Source of the DNA: an uncultured Alphaproteobacteria bacterium
GTDB lineage: Bacteria; Pseudomonadota; Alphaproteobacteria; Rhizobiales; Kaistiaceae
Length of the DNA stretch: 64,000 nt
Assembly (NCBI GenBank): GCA_963732865.1
Contig: CAVTBC010000003.1
Span: forward strand, 112,481-176,480
Direction of reading: 5' to 3'
Shown here one piece after another: positions 1 through 11,057 of this stretch. Position numbers and translations under genes: made by a program. Numbering within the stretch: the first letter of the stretch is position 1; each line of letters opens with the position of its first letter. The notes beneath the pieces were generated by a model, which was not told where the DNA came from, made no database searches, and saw nothing but the letters and a program-made list of their open reading frames with translations.

Positions 1-558
1 TGCCGCATCGTGGAAGGTCAGCGCGAGGGCATAGGCGCCTGGCGGCAGGGCCGGCAGGGTGAGCCGCACCGTCGCCTCGAATTCGCGTCTCCGCGCGTTG
101 CCAAGTCGATCGATCGTGGCGAAGGCGTCTTCCGCCGCGACGGTTTCTCCCGTGAGCGATGTGATCGCGACATCGACCGTGAAGCGGATCCGGTACTGGT
201 CGCCGATCGCCGTCCAGCCATAGCCCTGCGGTTCGAGATAGGCGGTTAGCGTGTCGCCGGCGGCAAAGACATCGCTGCTACGCAAGACATATTGGCCGTA
301 GCCGTCGACACTCTCGACCAGCGCCACGGTGCGGAAACTCATCGGCGCTTCGGCCCAGAACAGCTCCACCGCGCGGTCAAAGGCGTCCCAAATTTCCGTG
401 GGCGCGCCGTTCCGCAGAAGGGCCTCCGCATCGGCGGCGGCATCAGCCGCCTCCCCCGCGAACGACGCCGGCGCCGCCAGGGACGCGAGGCAGAAGCTGA
501 GCAGGGCCAATCTTGTCAAAAGCAAAGCGCTGTTCCCGGTTGTCGGGACAGTCTTCAC
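1..558 (-). CDS. hypothetical secreted protein (3' end runs off the window start)
   Basis: Absent from the ORF track because there is no stop in the window. The reverse frame is open from 558 to 1. GTG at 558 has GGAG 8 nt upstream. The N-terminus MKTVPTTGNSALLLTRLALLSFCLASLAAPASFA looks like a signal peptide, and third codon positions are strongly G/C. Confidence 0.45.
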   Translation of the reverse strand, partial: MKTVPTTGNSALLLTRLALLSFCLASLAAPASFAGEAADAAADAEALLRNGAPTEIWDAFDRAVELFWAEAPMSFRTVALVESVDGYGQYVLRSSDVFAAGDTLTAYLEPQGYGWTAIGDQYRIRFTVDVAITSLTGETVAAEDAFATIDRLGNARRREFEATVRLTLPALPPGAYALALTFHDAA

Positions 559-584
559 CGCCGCCGCTCCGGCGGCAAGGGCGT

Positions 585-1985
<1,401 letters not shown>

Positions 1986-2075
1986 CGACTATCTGCAAAC
2001 AGGGTAAACAATGTGTTCCCGCGCCCGGTGGCACGCGCCCTTGACCGCCAAGCAGCGGGCCTCTAGCTGACCGCG

Positions 2076-2952
2076 ATGACAAGCGCCCCGCTTCCGCGCC
2101 GGCTCGCCGGCCTGTCCGAAATCGCGTCTTCCTTCCCCGTCGCGCTCTGCGACGTGTGGGGGGTGGTGCATAATGGCGTGGCGCCGCTCCGGCCCAGCAT
2201 CGCTGCGCTGATCGCCTTCCGCCGGCAGGGCGGCATCGTCATGCTCATCAGCAACGCGCCGCGGCCGGCCTGGTCGGTCTGGGAACAGTTGGACCGGATC
2301 GGCGTTGACCGCGCCTGCGGCGACCGGATGATCACCTCCGGCGATGTTACGCGTTCGACGCTGGGCGAACGCCCCGGGGCGCGCATCTTCCACCTTGGAC
2401 CGGAACGCGACCTGCCGATCTATCAAGGCCTTACCGTCGAGCTCTGCGATCTTGATTCGGCCGACCTCGTCTCCTGTACCGGGCCGTTCGACGAGCAGAA
2501 CGAGAACTCCGGAAGACTATGACGGGATGTTCGCCGAGATGGCGCGGCGGGGGCTGCCGATGGTCTGCGCCAATCCCGATCTCGTGGTCGAGAGCGGCGA
2601 CCGCCTCGTGCCCTGCGCCGGAGCGATGGCAGCGCGCTACGCCACCTTCGGCGGTGAGGCGATCATCGTCGGCAAGCCGCATGCGCCGATCTACGCCCAA
2701 GCCCGGCAGGAAATCGACGCGCTCGCAGGCACGGCCATCGCCACCGGACAAATCCTGGCGATCGGCGATGGGGCCGGAACCGACATGATCGGCGCGAACA
2801 AGGCCGGCCTGCCGACGCTGTTCGTCGCCTCGGGCATCCACGCGGCCGAGCTCGCCATCGATTGCGATGATGGCGCGGCAGCGCGGGTCGGCGCGTTTCT
2901 CGGGCGCAGCGGCGCACGTGCTGATTATTTCATGCCGCGGCTCAGCTGGTGA
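2076..2952 (+). pseudogene. HAD-IIA (TIGR01459-like) hydrolase interrupted by a +1 frameshift near 2505-2510, possibly a sequencing artefact
   Basis: ORF 2076-2522 (LCDVWGVVHNG...ISNAPRP) continues in the frame of ORF 2344-2952 (PEDYDGMFAEM...CANPDLVV...GKPH...GDG.GTD). Deleting one base in gagaactcc restores a 291-codon gene. The span is 877 nt, which is 3n+1. Confidence 0.75.
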
Positions 2953-2956
2953 AGCG

Positions 2957-3955
2957 ATGAACGACGGACCGGAAATCTATCGGCTCGACATCGCGGCGGA
3001 CGGCCCCGCGCCCGAGACATTCCGCAACGCCGTTGTCGCTATCGGCAGTTTCGACGGGGTCCATCGCGGACATCAGGCCTTGATCTCGGCGGCCGGCGCC
3101 CTCGCTGCCGAGATCGGCAGCACAGCGATGGTGGTGACCTTCGAACCGCATCCGCGGACCGTCCTTCGGCCCGAAGCGCCGCTGTTCCGTCTTTCGCAGC
3201 CGAGCGCCAAGCGAGCCCTGCTCGGCATCGCCGGAGCGACCGGCATCGTCGAGGTCGTCTTCGACCGCACTCTTGCAGGCCTCAGCCCGGAGGACTTCGT
3301 CGAGCGTGTGCTCGTCCAGCGTCTTGCAGTTCGTGGCGTCGTGATCGGCGAAGGCTTCCGCTTCGGACAGAGGCGCGCCGGCGATGCTGAACTGCTGCGC
3401 TCGCTCGGCGCCGCAAACGGGTTCCGCGTCACGACGCTGCCGATCGTAGCTGATGCGGCGGGCGAGATCGTTTCATCCGGCCGCATCCGCGAGGCGCTGC
3501 AGCGCGGCGACGTGCCGGCGGCGAATGCGGCGCTCGGCTTCCGCTGGTTCGTGACGGGGGCTGTGATCCATGGCGATCATCGCGGGCGCGAACTCGGCTA
3601 TCCGACCGCCAATATCGTGATGCCGGCGTCGACCGGGCTACGCCATGGCGTCGTGGCGGTGAGCGCCCATTGGGAGGGCGGCGACGCCATTTCCGGCGTG
3701 GCGAGCTTCGGTCACAGGCCGATGTTCGGCGGCGGCGAATCGCTGCTCGAGGTGCATCTGTTCGACCGCAGCGATGACCTCTATGGCCGAGAGTTGGCCG
3801 TCTCTTTCCTTGCCTGGCTTCGGGCACAGGAGAACTTCGAATCGCTGGATGCGCTCATCCGCCAGATGGATGCCGATTCGGTGGCTGCCCGCGCCATCGC
3901 CGCCGCCGCCGGGGAAGGCAGCATGATCGATCGCGCTTTGATGGCTGCGACATAG
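2957..3955 (+). CDS. ribF: bifunctional riboflavin kinase / FMN adenylyltransferase
   Basis: Start taken at the internal ATG at 2957 (MNDGPEIY). Contains AIGSFDGVHRGH (nucleotidyltransferase motif), an FEPHP block and a C-terminal riboflavin kinase block (GYPTANI...EVHLFD). Confidence 0.9.
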   Translation: MNDGPEIYRLDIAADGPAPETFRNAVVAIGSFDGVHRGHQALISAAGALAAEIGSTAMVVTFEPHPRTVLRPEAPLFRLSQPSAKRALLGIAGATGIVEVVFDRTLAGLSPEDFVERVLVQRLAVRGVVIGEGFRFGQRRAGDAELLRSLGAANGFRVTTLPIVADAAGEIVSSGRIREALQRGDVPAANAALGFRWFVTGAVIHGDHRGRELGYPTANIVMPASTGLRHGVVAVSAHWEGGDAISGVASFGHRPMFGGGESLLEVHLFDRSDDLYGRELAVSFLAWLRAQENFESLDALIRQMDADSVAARAIAAAAGEGSMIDRALMAAT

Positions 3956-4073
3956 GCTCACGGCTTGTTGCTGAATGGTCGATCGCCTAAAGTTCGGCGC
4001 AAATCGCCTCTTCAATAAGACGAGCGCCTGCGAATCGGCTCCGTCAGCACGGCGGCAGCCCAGAGGGACCACA

Positions 4074-4733
4074 ATGATCGTTAGTCGTCGCGTCGTCAGA
4101 GGCGTCCTGCAATTCTCGTTCGCCGCCGCCGCCATTTCGGTACTCGCCAGTTGCTCCTCCGTCACCTATGGCACCGGTGTCGGCACGACGGCCCAGACCT
4201 TCCAGGATCTGACGCGGCCGCTGAACATTCTCAATCTGCAGCACCAGGAAGGCATCGACTATGCCGCGCCGCGGCCGGAGGAGCTGACGACGCCGGCGAC
4301 CGCGAACCTGCCGCCGCCGGTTGCCGCGACACAGACCACGGCGACCAACCAGGCGCCGCCGCCGGTCGGGGAACAGCTGAACCCCTGCGCCATCCGGCCC
4401 GGCGATCCGGCCCCGCCGGCCACCGACTGCACGCCCAACCCCAACGCCCCGGCTGTCGTCCAGCAGGGCGGCGGATTGTTCGCGGGAACCCCCGCCGGTC
4501 CGGGTATCCGGCAGCTCGTCGACACCTGCCAATGGTGGCAGGCGAGCTGGGACCAGTTGAACGGACCTGAGCAGGACGCCTGGGGCCTCCTCGGCTGGAA
4601 CGCCACCAATTGGGGAACCGGCACCGCGACGACCGCCGGCAAGTCCTGGCGGGATCTCAACGGACGCGAGAAGCGGGCCGCGGAATCGCTCGGCTTCGAC
4701 GCGGATATCTGGAACAGCTGCACGGTCCATTAG
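4074..4733 (+). CDS. hypothetical lipoprotein with a Pro-rich linker and a C-terminal tandem Trp-rich motif
   Basis: ATG at 4074 gives MIVSRRVVRGVLQFSFAAAAISVLASC, a lipobox-like LASC. A low-complexity P/A/T stretch follows, then two copies of SW..LNG.E..A...LG(W/F).A..W. Confidence 0.6.
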   Translation: MIVSRRVVRGVLQFSFAAAAISVLASCSSVTYGTGVGTTAQTFQDLTRPLNILNLQHQEGIDYAAPRPEELTTPATANLPPPVAATQTTATNQAPPPVGEQLNPCAIRPGDPAPPATDCTPNPNAPAVVQQGGGLFAGTPAGPGIRQLVDTCQWWQASWDQLNGPEQDAWGLLGWNATNWGTGTATTAGKSWRDLNGREKRAAESLGFDADIWNSCTVH

Positions 4734-4751
4734 CGGACCGGCGGCCGCCGA

Positions 4752-6350
4752 TCAGATAATCAGGTCGTACGCCGCCACGGTGAGGAAGGGCTCTAGTTCC
4801 TCGGCCATGCTGAGTTCGGTGATCAACGTGATGGCGTCGGCGAACCGGCCGGCCTGATAGGCATCGTCGCCGATCTCGGCCTTCACGTGATCCATCTCGT
4901 CATGCAGAAATTGCGCGAAGAGGGCCGGAGTCACCTTCCGCCCTTCGGCGAGGCTCGCCTGGAAGCGCATCTGCTGCCAGATCTGGACACGGCTGATCTC
5001 GGCGATGGCGGCATCCTCGACGACATGATCGAGGGGCACGGCGCCCTGCCCGCGCAGCCAGGCCTCGAGATATTGGACGGTGGTGCGGATGTTGTCGCGC
5101 AGCCCCTGCTCGGTGCGGATGCCGTCGTGCAACTCAAGCAAATCGTACTGCGAGACATTCAGATCGTCGCGCAGCTTGTCGAGCTGATTGGGGCCGGTAA
5201 GGAATTTGGCGAAGACCTCCTCGACGATCGGAATCAGATCGGGATGCGCCACCCAGGTGCCGTCATGTCCGGCCTTGGCCTCGCGTTCCTTGTCCCGGCG
5301 AACATCGGCGAGGGCGCGCTCATTGGCGGCCCCGTCACCTGGGACAGGGATGTAGGCCGACATGCCACCGATGGCGAGCGTGCCTCGGCGATGGCAGGTC
5401 TTGATCAGCAGTTCCGAATAGGCGCGCAGGAAGGCATCGCCCATGTCGAGCTGATCGCGGTCCGGCAGCAGATAGGCCGGGCGGGTGCGGAAGGTCTTGA
5501 TCAGCGAGAAGATATAGTCCCAGCGGCCGCAGGTGAGGCCGACGATGTGGTCGCGGAGCTCGTAGAGAATTTCGTCCATCTCGAACGCCGCCGGCAGCGT
5601 CTCGATGAGAACGGTCGCCTTGATCGTCCCGGCCGGCAGACCGAGGGTCTCCTCGCAATAGGCGAAGACGTCACGCCACAGGCGGGCGCCGAGATGCGTC
5701 TCGAGCTTCGGCAGATAGAAGTAGGGATATGACCCTTTGGCGAGGATGGCCTTCGCGTTGTGGAACAAGGTCAGGCCAAAATCGAACAGCGCGCCCGAAA
5801 TCGGCTCGCCGTCGATGGTGAGATGCGCTTCCGGCAAATGCCAGCCGCGCGGGCGCGTCATCAGCACGGCGGGCTGGTCGGACAGCTTCAGTTCGGCGCC
5901 GGTGTCGGGATCGATGTCGGTCAGCTGATCGTGCCAACGATCGCGCACATTGATCTGGCCCCCGACGAGATTGGCCCAGGTCGGCGCGGTGCCATCCTCG
6001 AAGTCGCCCATGTAAACGCGGGTCCGGGCGTTGAGGCCGTCGATCAGTTTCCGCCGTTCAACCGGCCCGGTCATCTCGACGCGGCGGTCGGCGATTTCGT
6101 CGGGGATCGGCGCAACGCGCCAGTCGCCGGCCCGGATTTCCGCCGTCTCGGGCAGGAAATCAGGCAAGTCGCCGGCATCGAAACGCGCCTGACGCAGGTC
6201 GCGCAACTCGATGAGATCGCGGCGGCGCGCGTCAAAACGACGATGCAGGCCGGCCAAGAAATCGAGCGCGGCGGGCGTCAGGATTTCGTCGAAACGGGGA
6301 CCGGCGGCGCCCAAAAGAACGATGCCCGCCTGAGAGTCGGCGACGCTCAT
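4752..6350 (-). CDS. aceB: malate synthase A
   Basis: 532 aa, the size of the A-type enzyme. Carries conserved blocks such as GLTCGRWDYIFS and HDGTWVAHP. Confidence 0.92.
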   Translation of the reverse strand: MSVADSQAGIVLLGAAGPRFDEILTPAALDFLAGLHRRFDARRRDLIELRDLRQARFDAGDLPDFLPETAEIRAGDWRVAPIPDEIADRRVEMTGPVERRKLIDGLNARTRVYMGDFEDGTAPTWANLVGGQINVRDRWHDQLTDIDPDTGAELKLSDQPAVLMTRPRGWHLPEAHLTIDGEPISGALFDFGLTLFHNAKAILAKGSYPYFYLPKLETHLGARLWRDVFAYCEETLGLPAGTIKATVLIETLPAAFEMDEILYELRDHIVGLTCGRWDYIFSLIKTFRTRPAYLLPDRDQLDMGDAFLRAYSELLIKTCHRRGTLAIGGMSAYIPVPGDGAANERALADVRRDKEREAKAGHDGTWVAHPDLIPIVEEVFAKFLTGPNQLDKLRDDLNVSQYDLLELHDGIRTEQGLRDNIRTTVQYLEAWLRGQGAVPLDHVVEDAAIAEISRVQIWQQMRFQASLAEGRKVTPALFAQFLHDEMDHVKAEIGDDAYQAGRFADAITLITELSMAEELEPFLTVAAYDLII

Positions 6351-6482
6351 TACAGCCCTTTCGCGATTAATAGGAGAGCGGTGTTGCGGCGGAACGCAAC
6401 AGGATGTCGCGTCTTACAGATCACCCGCCCCTCTCGCAGCCCGCGTTCCTACCCCTTTCACGGCCGGGGTCAAGAACAAGAA

Positions 6483-7808
6483 CTACTCTTCTTCGGCCGC
6501 CTCGGCATGGCCCCTGGCGCGGATCATCCGCACGAACAGCCAAATTCCGATGACGACGGGCGGCACGGCCAGGGCGGTAATCAGGCCCGGATCGACGTCC
6601 ATGCCAAGCAACTCAACGCCATGCGACAGATAGGAAACGAGGCCGACGACATAGTAGCTGACGGCCGCGACAGACAGGCCTTCGACCCATTGCTGCAGGC
6701 GCAATTGCAGCCGGGCGCGGCTGTTCATCGAGGCCAGAAGCTCCCGATTTTGCTGTTCCAGATCGACTTCGATGCGGGTTCGCAAGAGGTTTGCCGCCCG
6801 GGCCAGCCGATCGGAAATCTCTTTCTGCCGCGCCTCGACGCCGACGCAGGTGCGCATCGCCGGCGCCATACGGCGCTGCAGATAGGAACTCCACCGTGTG
6901 TAGCCTTCCAGCGGCCCTTCGCGGATGGCCCCAAGCCTGCCTTGGACGATCTCGTAATAGGCCTTGGTGGCGCCGAAGCGATAGGCGCTCGCCGACGACG
7001 ACGCCTCAATTTCGATGGCCAGCTTGGTCAGCAATTCCAGCAGCGCGCGGTTTTCGGCGAGGTCCGGGCTGAGACCGATCTTCGTCGTCGCGTCGTAGAG
7101 CTCCGCCTCCGCGCGGGCGAGCAAGGGCTGGAGACGGCGGGCCTCCGGCAGGCCGAGCAAGGACAGCGTGCGGTATGTTTCGAGTTCGGTGAGGCGGATC
7201 ACCATCGGTCCGATTTCGTGCGGATAGAGCCCTCGATCGACGAGGAGGATGTGCGTCAGGCCATCATCGTGAAGACGGAAATCGGTGGCCCCGATGGCGC
7301 GTCCGTCGCGCAGCGCCGAAACGGCCGTGGTGCCCGGATCGAGATCTTCAAGCAATTCGTCGACATCGCGGTGATCTTCGATGAGGTCGAGGCGAGTGGC
7401 GACGATGAGCGGCCCAGGCTGATCGAAGGGACCGCCGAGAAGATCGCTGAACGAAGGCGGGGTCTCCCCGACATCGGGCGGCATGTCCCAAGTGTAGGTC
7501 GTGAACTCCGAATGGGTCTCCCAGCGCAGGCGCGCCTTCGGGAACGTGACGAGGAAATGATTGTCGGCGGGCTCAGGGCCGGGCATGCCGGATTCGCGGC
7601 AGCGCTCGAGGAGCTGCTCATGTGCTCTGACGGCGCCGGCCCGGTCCGTCAGAAAGGCATAGTGGAAGACACGGCGCGGTGTCGCCACGCCCTGGAACGG
7701 CCGGGCATGGATTTCCATGAGCGCTGGCCGGCGCTGCGCATCTTCGGTGAAGCCTGCGGGCTTCGCGCCTGCGGGTCCACCGTCATCCTCCAACGTGGTC
7801 TGCATCAC
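6483..7808 (-). CDS. DUF3422-family membrane-anchored protein
   Basis: 441 aa with a soluble N-terminal region (RWETHSEFTTYTW block) and two C-terminal TM helices. Size and architecture match my recollection of DUF3422. Confidence 0.65.
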   Translation of the reverse strand: MMQTTLEDDGGPAGAKPAGFTEDAQRRPALMEIHARPFQGVATPRRVFHYAFLTDRAGAVRAHEQLLERCRESGMPGPEPADNHFLVTFPKARLRWETHSEFTTYTWDMPPDVGETPPSFSDLLGGPFDQPGPLIVATRLDLIEDHRDVDELLEDLDPGTTAVSALRDGRAIGATDFRLHDDGLTHILLVDRGLYPHEIGPMVIRLTELETYRTLSLLGLPEARRLQPLLARAEAELYDATTKIGLSPDLAENRALLELLTKLAIEIEASSSASAYRFGATKAYYEIVQGRLGAIREGPLEGYTRWSSYLQRRMAPAMRTCVGVEARQKEISDRLARAANLLRTRIEVDLEQQNRELLASMNSRARLQLRLQQWVEGLSVAAVSYYVVGLVSYLSHGVELLGMDVDPGLITALAVPPVVIGIWLFVRMIRARGHAEAAEEE

Positions 7809-7882
7809 TCACCCCAGCCATCGCCACGCGGACGTTAGCGCAATGGCGAGCGCGTTTCATCTCACCCGAACGCCGATCAGCA

Positions 7883-7914
7883 AAACGCCCGCGGGCTGTC
7901 GCTCGCGGGCGTTT
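7883..7914 (-). terminator. rho-independent terminator after the peroxiredoxin gene
   Basis: The stem AAACGCCCGCG pairs with CGCGGGCGTTT, with a 10-nt loop. On the minus strand it is followed by TTTTG. It lies about 20 nt past the stop at 7936. Confidence 0.6.
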
Positions 7915-7935
7915 CGTCGCGCAATGCGTTGAGCG

Positions 7936-8601
7936 CTAGTCGTCGCGCGGCTGGGCAACGTAGCGAAGATAGGGCTTCACGGTGCGGAAGCCCTCGGGAT
8001 ATTTCACCTTCGCCTCGTCGTCGGAAACCGACGTCACGATGATGACCTCGTCGCCCGGCTTCCAATTCGCCGGCGTCGCCACCTTGTGCGTGGCGGTCAG
8101 CTGGATCGAATCGACGGCGCGCAGGATCTCGTCGAAGTTGCGGCCGGTGGTCATCGGATAGGCCAGCGCCAGTTTGATCTTCTTGTCCGGGCCGATCACG
8201 TAGACCGTGCGAACGGTTTCATTGTCGACCGCGGTGCGCCCCTCCGACGTGTCGCCAGCGCCGGCCGGCAGCATGTCGTAGAGCTTAGCGACCTTGAGGT
8301 CGGAATCGCCGATCATCGGGTAGTTCGGCGCCATGCCAGTGGCGTCCTCGATATCCTTCGACCAGCCGGCATGACGCTCGACCGGATCGACCGAAAGGCC
8401 GATGACCTTGACGTTGCGCTTGGCAAAATCGGGGGCGAGGCGGGCCATCGCCCCGAGTTCGGTCGTGCAGACCGGCGTGAAATCCTTGGGGTGGGAAAAC
8501 AGGATGCCCCAGGAATTGCCGAGCCACTGATGGAAGCTGATCGGCCCCTGGGTGGTTTCGGCAGTGAAGTCAGGGGCGATATCGCCAATACGAAGCGTCA
8601 T
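7936..8601 (-). CDS. 1-Cys peroxiredoxin (Prx6-like)
   Basis: Peroxidatic-Cys motif FTPVCTTELG. ATG at 8601 (MTLRIGDIAPDF) has GAGG upstream. Confidence 0.9.
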   Translation of the reverse strand: MTLRIGDIAPDFTAETTQGPISFHQWLGNSWGILFSHPKDFTPVCTTELGAMARLAPDFAKRNVKVIGLSVDPVERHAGWSKDIEDATGMAPNYPMIGDSDLKVAKLYDMLPAGAGDTSEGRTAVDNETVRTVYVIGPDKKIKLALAYPMTTGRNFDEILRAVDSIQLTATHKVATPANWKPGDEVIIVTSVSDDEAKVKYPEGFRTVKPYLRYVAQPRDD

Positions 8602-8760
8602 GATTGCGTACCTCATGTTTCGTTCGGGCTAGCGCCCATTGACCCGGAATATTGGTGGCCGGCCCGGCGCCAACAAGCACAGCGACGGTCGTTTTTCCAG
8701 TAAGACGAGGAAAGCATTCTCCCAAAGCCGCCGCCTGCGACCAGCCATTTCAGGCGGTCG

Positions 8761-10134
8761 TCAATAGGCGTAGCGGCGGAAGATCTGGGTAATGTCGCCG
8801 TGCCATTCGTCACGATATTCATCGAGAAGATGTTCGGCGGGCGTCTTCCCTGACGCCACGGTTTCTTCCAGCGTTTTCAGATAGATACGTTCATCGGCTC
8901 CACTGGCGGCATAGCGGCGACGGCGGCGCAGGCCCTCCAACGATAAATCGAGCACGCGGCGCGCGACATCAAGGGCCGTCTCGCCGCGGATCGGCGCCTT
9001 GAGGCCAAGCTTCGGCACGGCGCTGCGCAGCGTCTGCACTTCCTCGGCGGTCCAATCCTGGACGAGATCGGAGGCCGCCTGCAGCACGTCCGGTTCGTAC
9101 ATCAGCCCGACCCAGAAGGCCGGCAGCGCGCAGATCTTCCGCCAGGGTCCGGCATCGGCGCCGCGCATCTCGATAAACTTCTTCAGCCGAACTTCGGGAA
9201 AGAGGGTCGAGAGATGATCGTGCCAGTCGGCAATCGTGGCGCGCTCGCCGGGCATTGCCGCCAGCCGTCCCGCCATCAGATCGCGGAATGACGCTCCAGC
9301 GACGTTGTGCAGCTTGCCGTTGCGGCGCAGGAAGTACATCGGCACATCCAGCGCCCAGTCGACATAGCTCTCGAAGCCGAAGCCTTCATCGAAGACGAAG
9401 GGGAGGATGCCGGACCGGGCGTTGTCGGTGTGCTCCCAGATCTCGGACCGGTAGGAGAGATAGCCGTTCGGCTTGCCCTCGGTGAAGGGCGAGTTGGCGA
9501 AGAGGGCCGTGGCGATCGGCTGCAGCGCCATGCCGACGCGCATCTTGCGGCACATGTCGGCTTCATCGCCGAAATCGAGATTGGCCTGCACGGTGCAGGT
9601 GCGAAACATCATGTCACGGCCGAGCGTGCCGACGCGCGGCATGTATTCGCGCATGATGCCGTAGCGCTCCTTCGGCATGATCGGTGTCTCGTCGAGCGTC
9701 CAGAGCGGCGAGAAGCCAAGGCCAAGGAAGGAGATGTCGAGCGGATCGGCGCATTCGCGGAGCTGCGCCAGATGGGCGTTCAGTTCCCGGCAGGTCTGGT
9801 GCAGCGTTTCCATCGGCGCACCGGAGAGCTCGAACTGGCCGCCGGGCTCCAAGGAAATCGCACCGCCCAGACCCAATGGGTCGACCAGCCCGATGGGATG
9901 GCCGTCCTCGTCCAGGGTGTGCCAGCCCAACAGGCCGGCCATCGCTTCGAGCAGTTGGCGGATGCCGCGCGGGCCTTCGTAGGGAATTGGGCGGAGCGTA
10001 CTGCCGCGAAAGCCAAATTTCTCGTGTTCCGTGCCGATGCGCCAAGCATCGCGCGGCTTCGCTCCGGATTCGAGAAAGGCGACCAATTGATCGCGCAATT
10101 CAACCAGCGTGCTGTCGGAAATGGCGAGCGCCAT
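8761..10134 (-). CDS. gshA: glutamate--cysteine ligase (plant/alphaproteobacterial type)
   Basis: 457 aa from the ATG at 10134 (MALAISDSTLVELRDQL). It resembles plant-type GCS along its length and lies downstream of rsmE. Confidence 0.87.
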   Translation of the reverse strand: MALAISDSTLVELRDQLVAFLESGAKPRDAWRIGTEHEKFGFRGSTLRPIPYEGPRGIRQLLEAMAGLLGWHTLDEDGHPIGLVDPLGLGGAISLEPGGQFELSGAPMETLHQTCRELNAHLAQLRECADPLDISFLGLGFSPLWTLDETPIMPKERYGIMREYMPRVGTLGRDMMFRTCTVQANLDFGDEADMCRKMRVGMALQPIATALFANSPFTEGKPNGYLSYRSEIWEHTDNARSGILPFVFDEGFGFESYVDWALDVPMYFLRRNGKLHNVAGASFRDLMAGRLAAMPGERATIADWHDHLSTLFPEVRLKKFIEMRGADAGPWRKICALPAFWVGLMYEPDVLQAASDLVQDWTAEEVQTLRSAVPKLGLKAPIRGETALDVARRVLDLSLEGLRRRRRYAASGADERIYLKTLEETVASGKTPAEHLLDEYRDEWHGDITQIFRRYAY

Positions 10135-10226
10135 GCAGGCTCCAGAATGGGGCGGGACCTTAGCCACGGCGTATGCCGGCCGCAATCAACCTGCCGTGAA
10201 CGGGGTATCAGCTAGTGGGTTGGCGG

Positions 10227-10958
10227 TCATTTGCACCAGTCGCCGAGCGCCGCCTGGACCAATGCCAGCGCCGCCACGGCAGCGGTGTCGGCGCGCAGGA
10301 TGCGCGGTCCGAGGCTGATGGCGGTGACAAAGGAACGCGAGCGCAGGACTGCCCGCTCTTCAACCGAGAATCCGCCCTCCGGGCCGATGAGGACGGCGAA
10401 CTGCGTTTCCTTGAGGTCACGCAGCAGGCCGAGTGTATCCGCCGGAGGCGCGGCCTCGTCACAGAAGACAATGCGCCGCCGCGGTTCGACGGAGGGCCAG
10501 GCGTCAAGCAATTGGCCGAGCGGCAGTGGTTCGTCGATCTGCGGAATCGAGAGGAGGCCGCATTGCTCGGCCGCCTCAATCGCATTGGCTTCCATGCGCT
10601 CGCGGTTCACCTTGCCGACCTGCGTGTGCTGCGTCAGGACCGGTGTCAGCAGACCGACGCCCATCTCCACCGCCTTCTGCACCATGTAATCGAGCCGCGC
10701 CTGCTTCAGCGGCGCGAAGAGATAATAGAGGTCCGGGCGACCGGTCTGTTCGCGTTCCTGGCGCTCGATGGTGAGCCCCCAGCCGCGCCGGTCGCGTTGC
10801 GTCAAGACCGCCCGCCACTCGCCATCCCGCCCGTTGAAGACGCGGATGGCTGCCCCGGCGCTCATGCGCAGAACATTGGTGAGGTAGTTGGTCTGGCCGC
10901 GGTCGAGTTCGATGACGGAGCCGGCCGCAAGCCGGGGTCTCAGAAACAGTCTTTGCAT
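10227..10958 (-). CDS. rsmE: 16S rRNA (uracil1498-N3)-methyltransferase
   Basis: 243 aa. N-terminal MQRLFL....G..IELD....YLTNVLRM and a C-terminal SPOUT block ([10 protein letters not shown]) are typical of RsmE. Confidence 0.87.
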   Translation of the reverse strand: MQRLFLRPRLAAGSVIELDRGQTNYLTNVLRMSAGAAIRVFNGRDGEWRAVLTQRDRRGWGLTIERQEREQTGRPDLYYLFAPLKQARLDYMVQKAVEMGVGLLTPVLTQHTQVGKVNRERMEANAIEAAEQCGLLSIPQIDEPLPLGQLLDAWPSVEPRRRIVFCDEAAPPADTLGLLRDLKETQFAVLIGPEGGFSVEERAVLRSRSFVTAISLGPRILRADTAAVAALALVQAALGDWCK

Positions 10959-11057
10959 CGCGTCCGCGATCTCCTCAGGCCTTCAACACGCCGCCCGCGG
11001 CGCTTGACGCAGATAGGCCAAATCGCCACCACTCCAGTAGCGGAAAATGGAGCGCGC

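Noticed and set aside
5760-7838. 692-aa plus-strand ORF spanning aceB and the DUF3422 gene
   Set aside because: It lies entirely antisense to two well-supported genes. Its Arg/Gly/Ala-rich composition is typical of shadow ORFs in high-GC DNA, and it carries no motifs.
10215-11057. N-terminal 281-codon extension of the xseA ORF
   Set aside because: It is antisense to rsmE and not protein-like. XseA homology begins only at the in-frame GTG at 11058.
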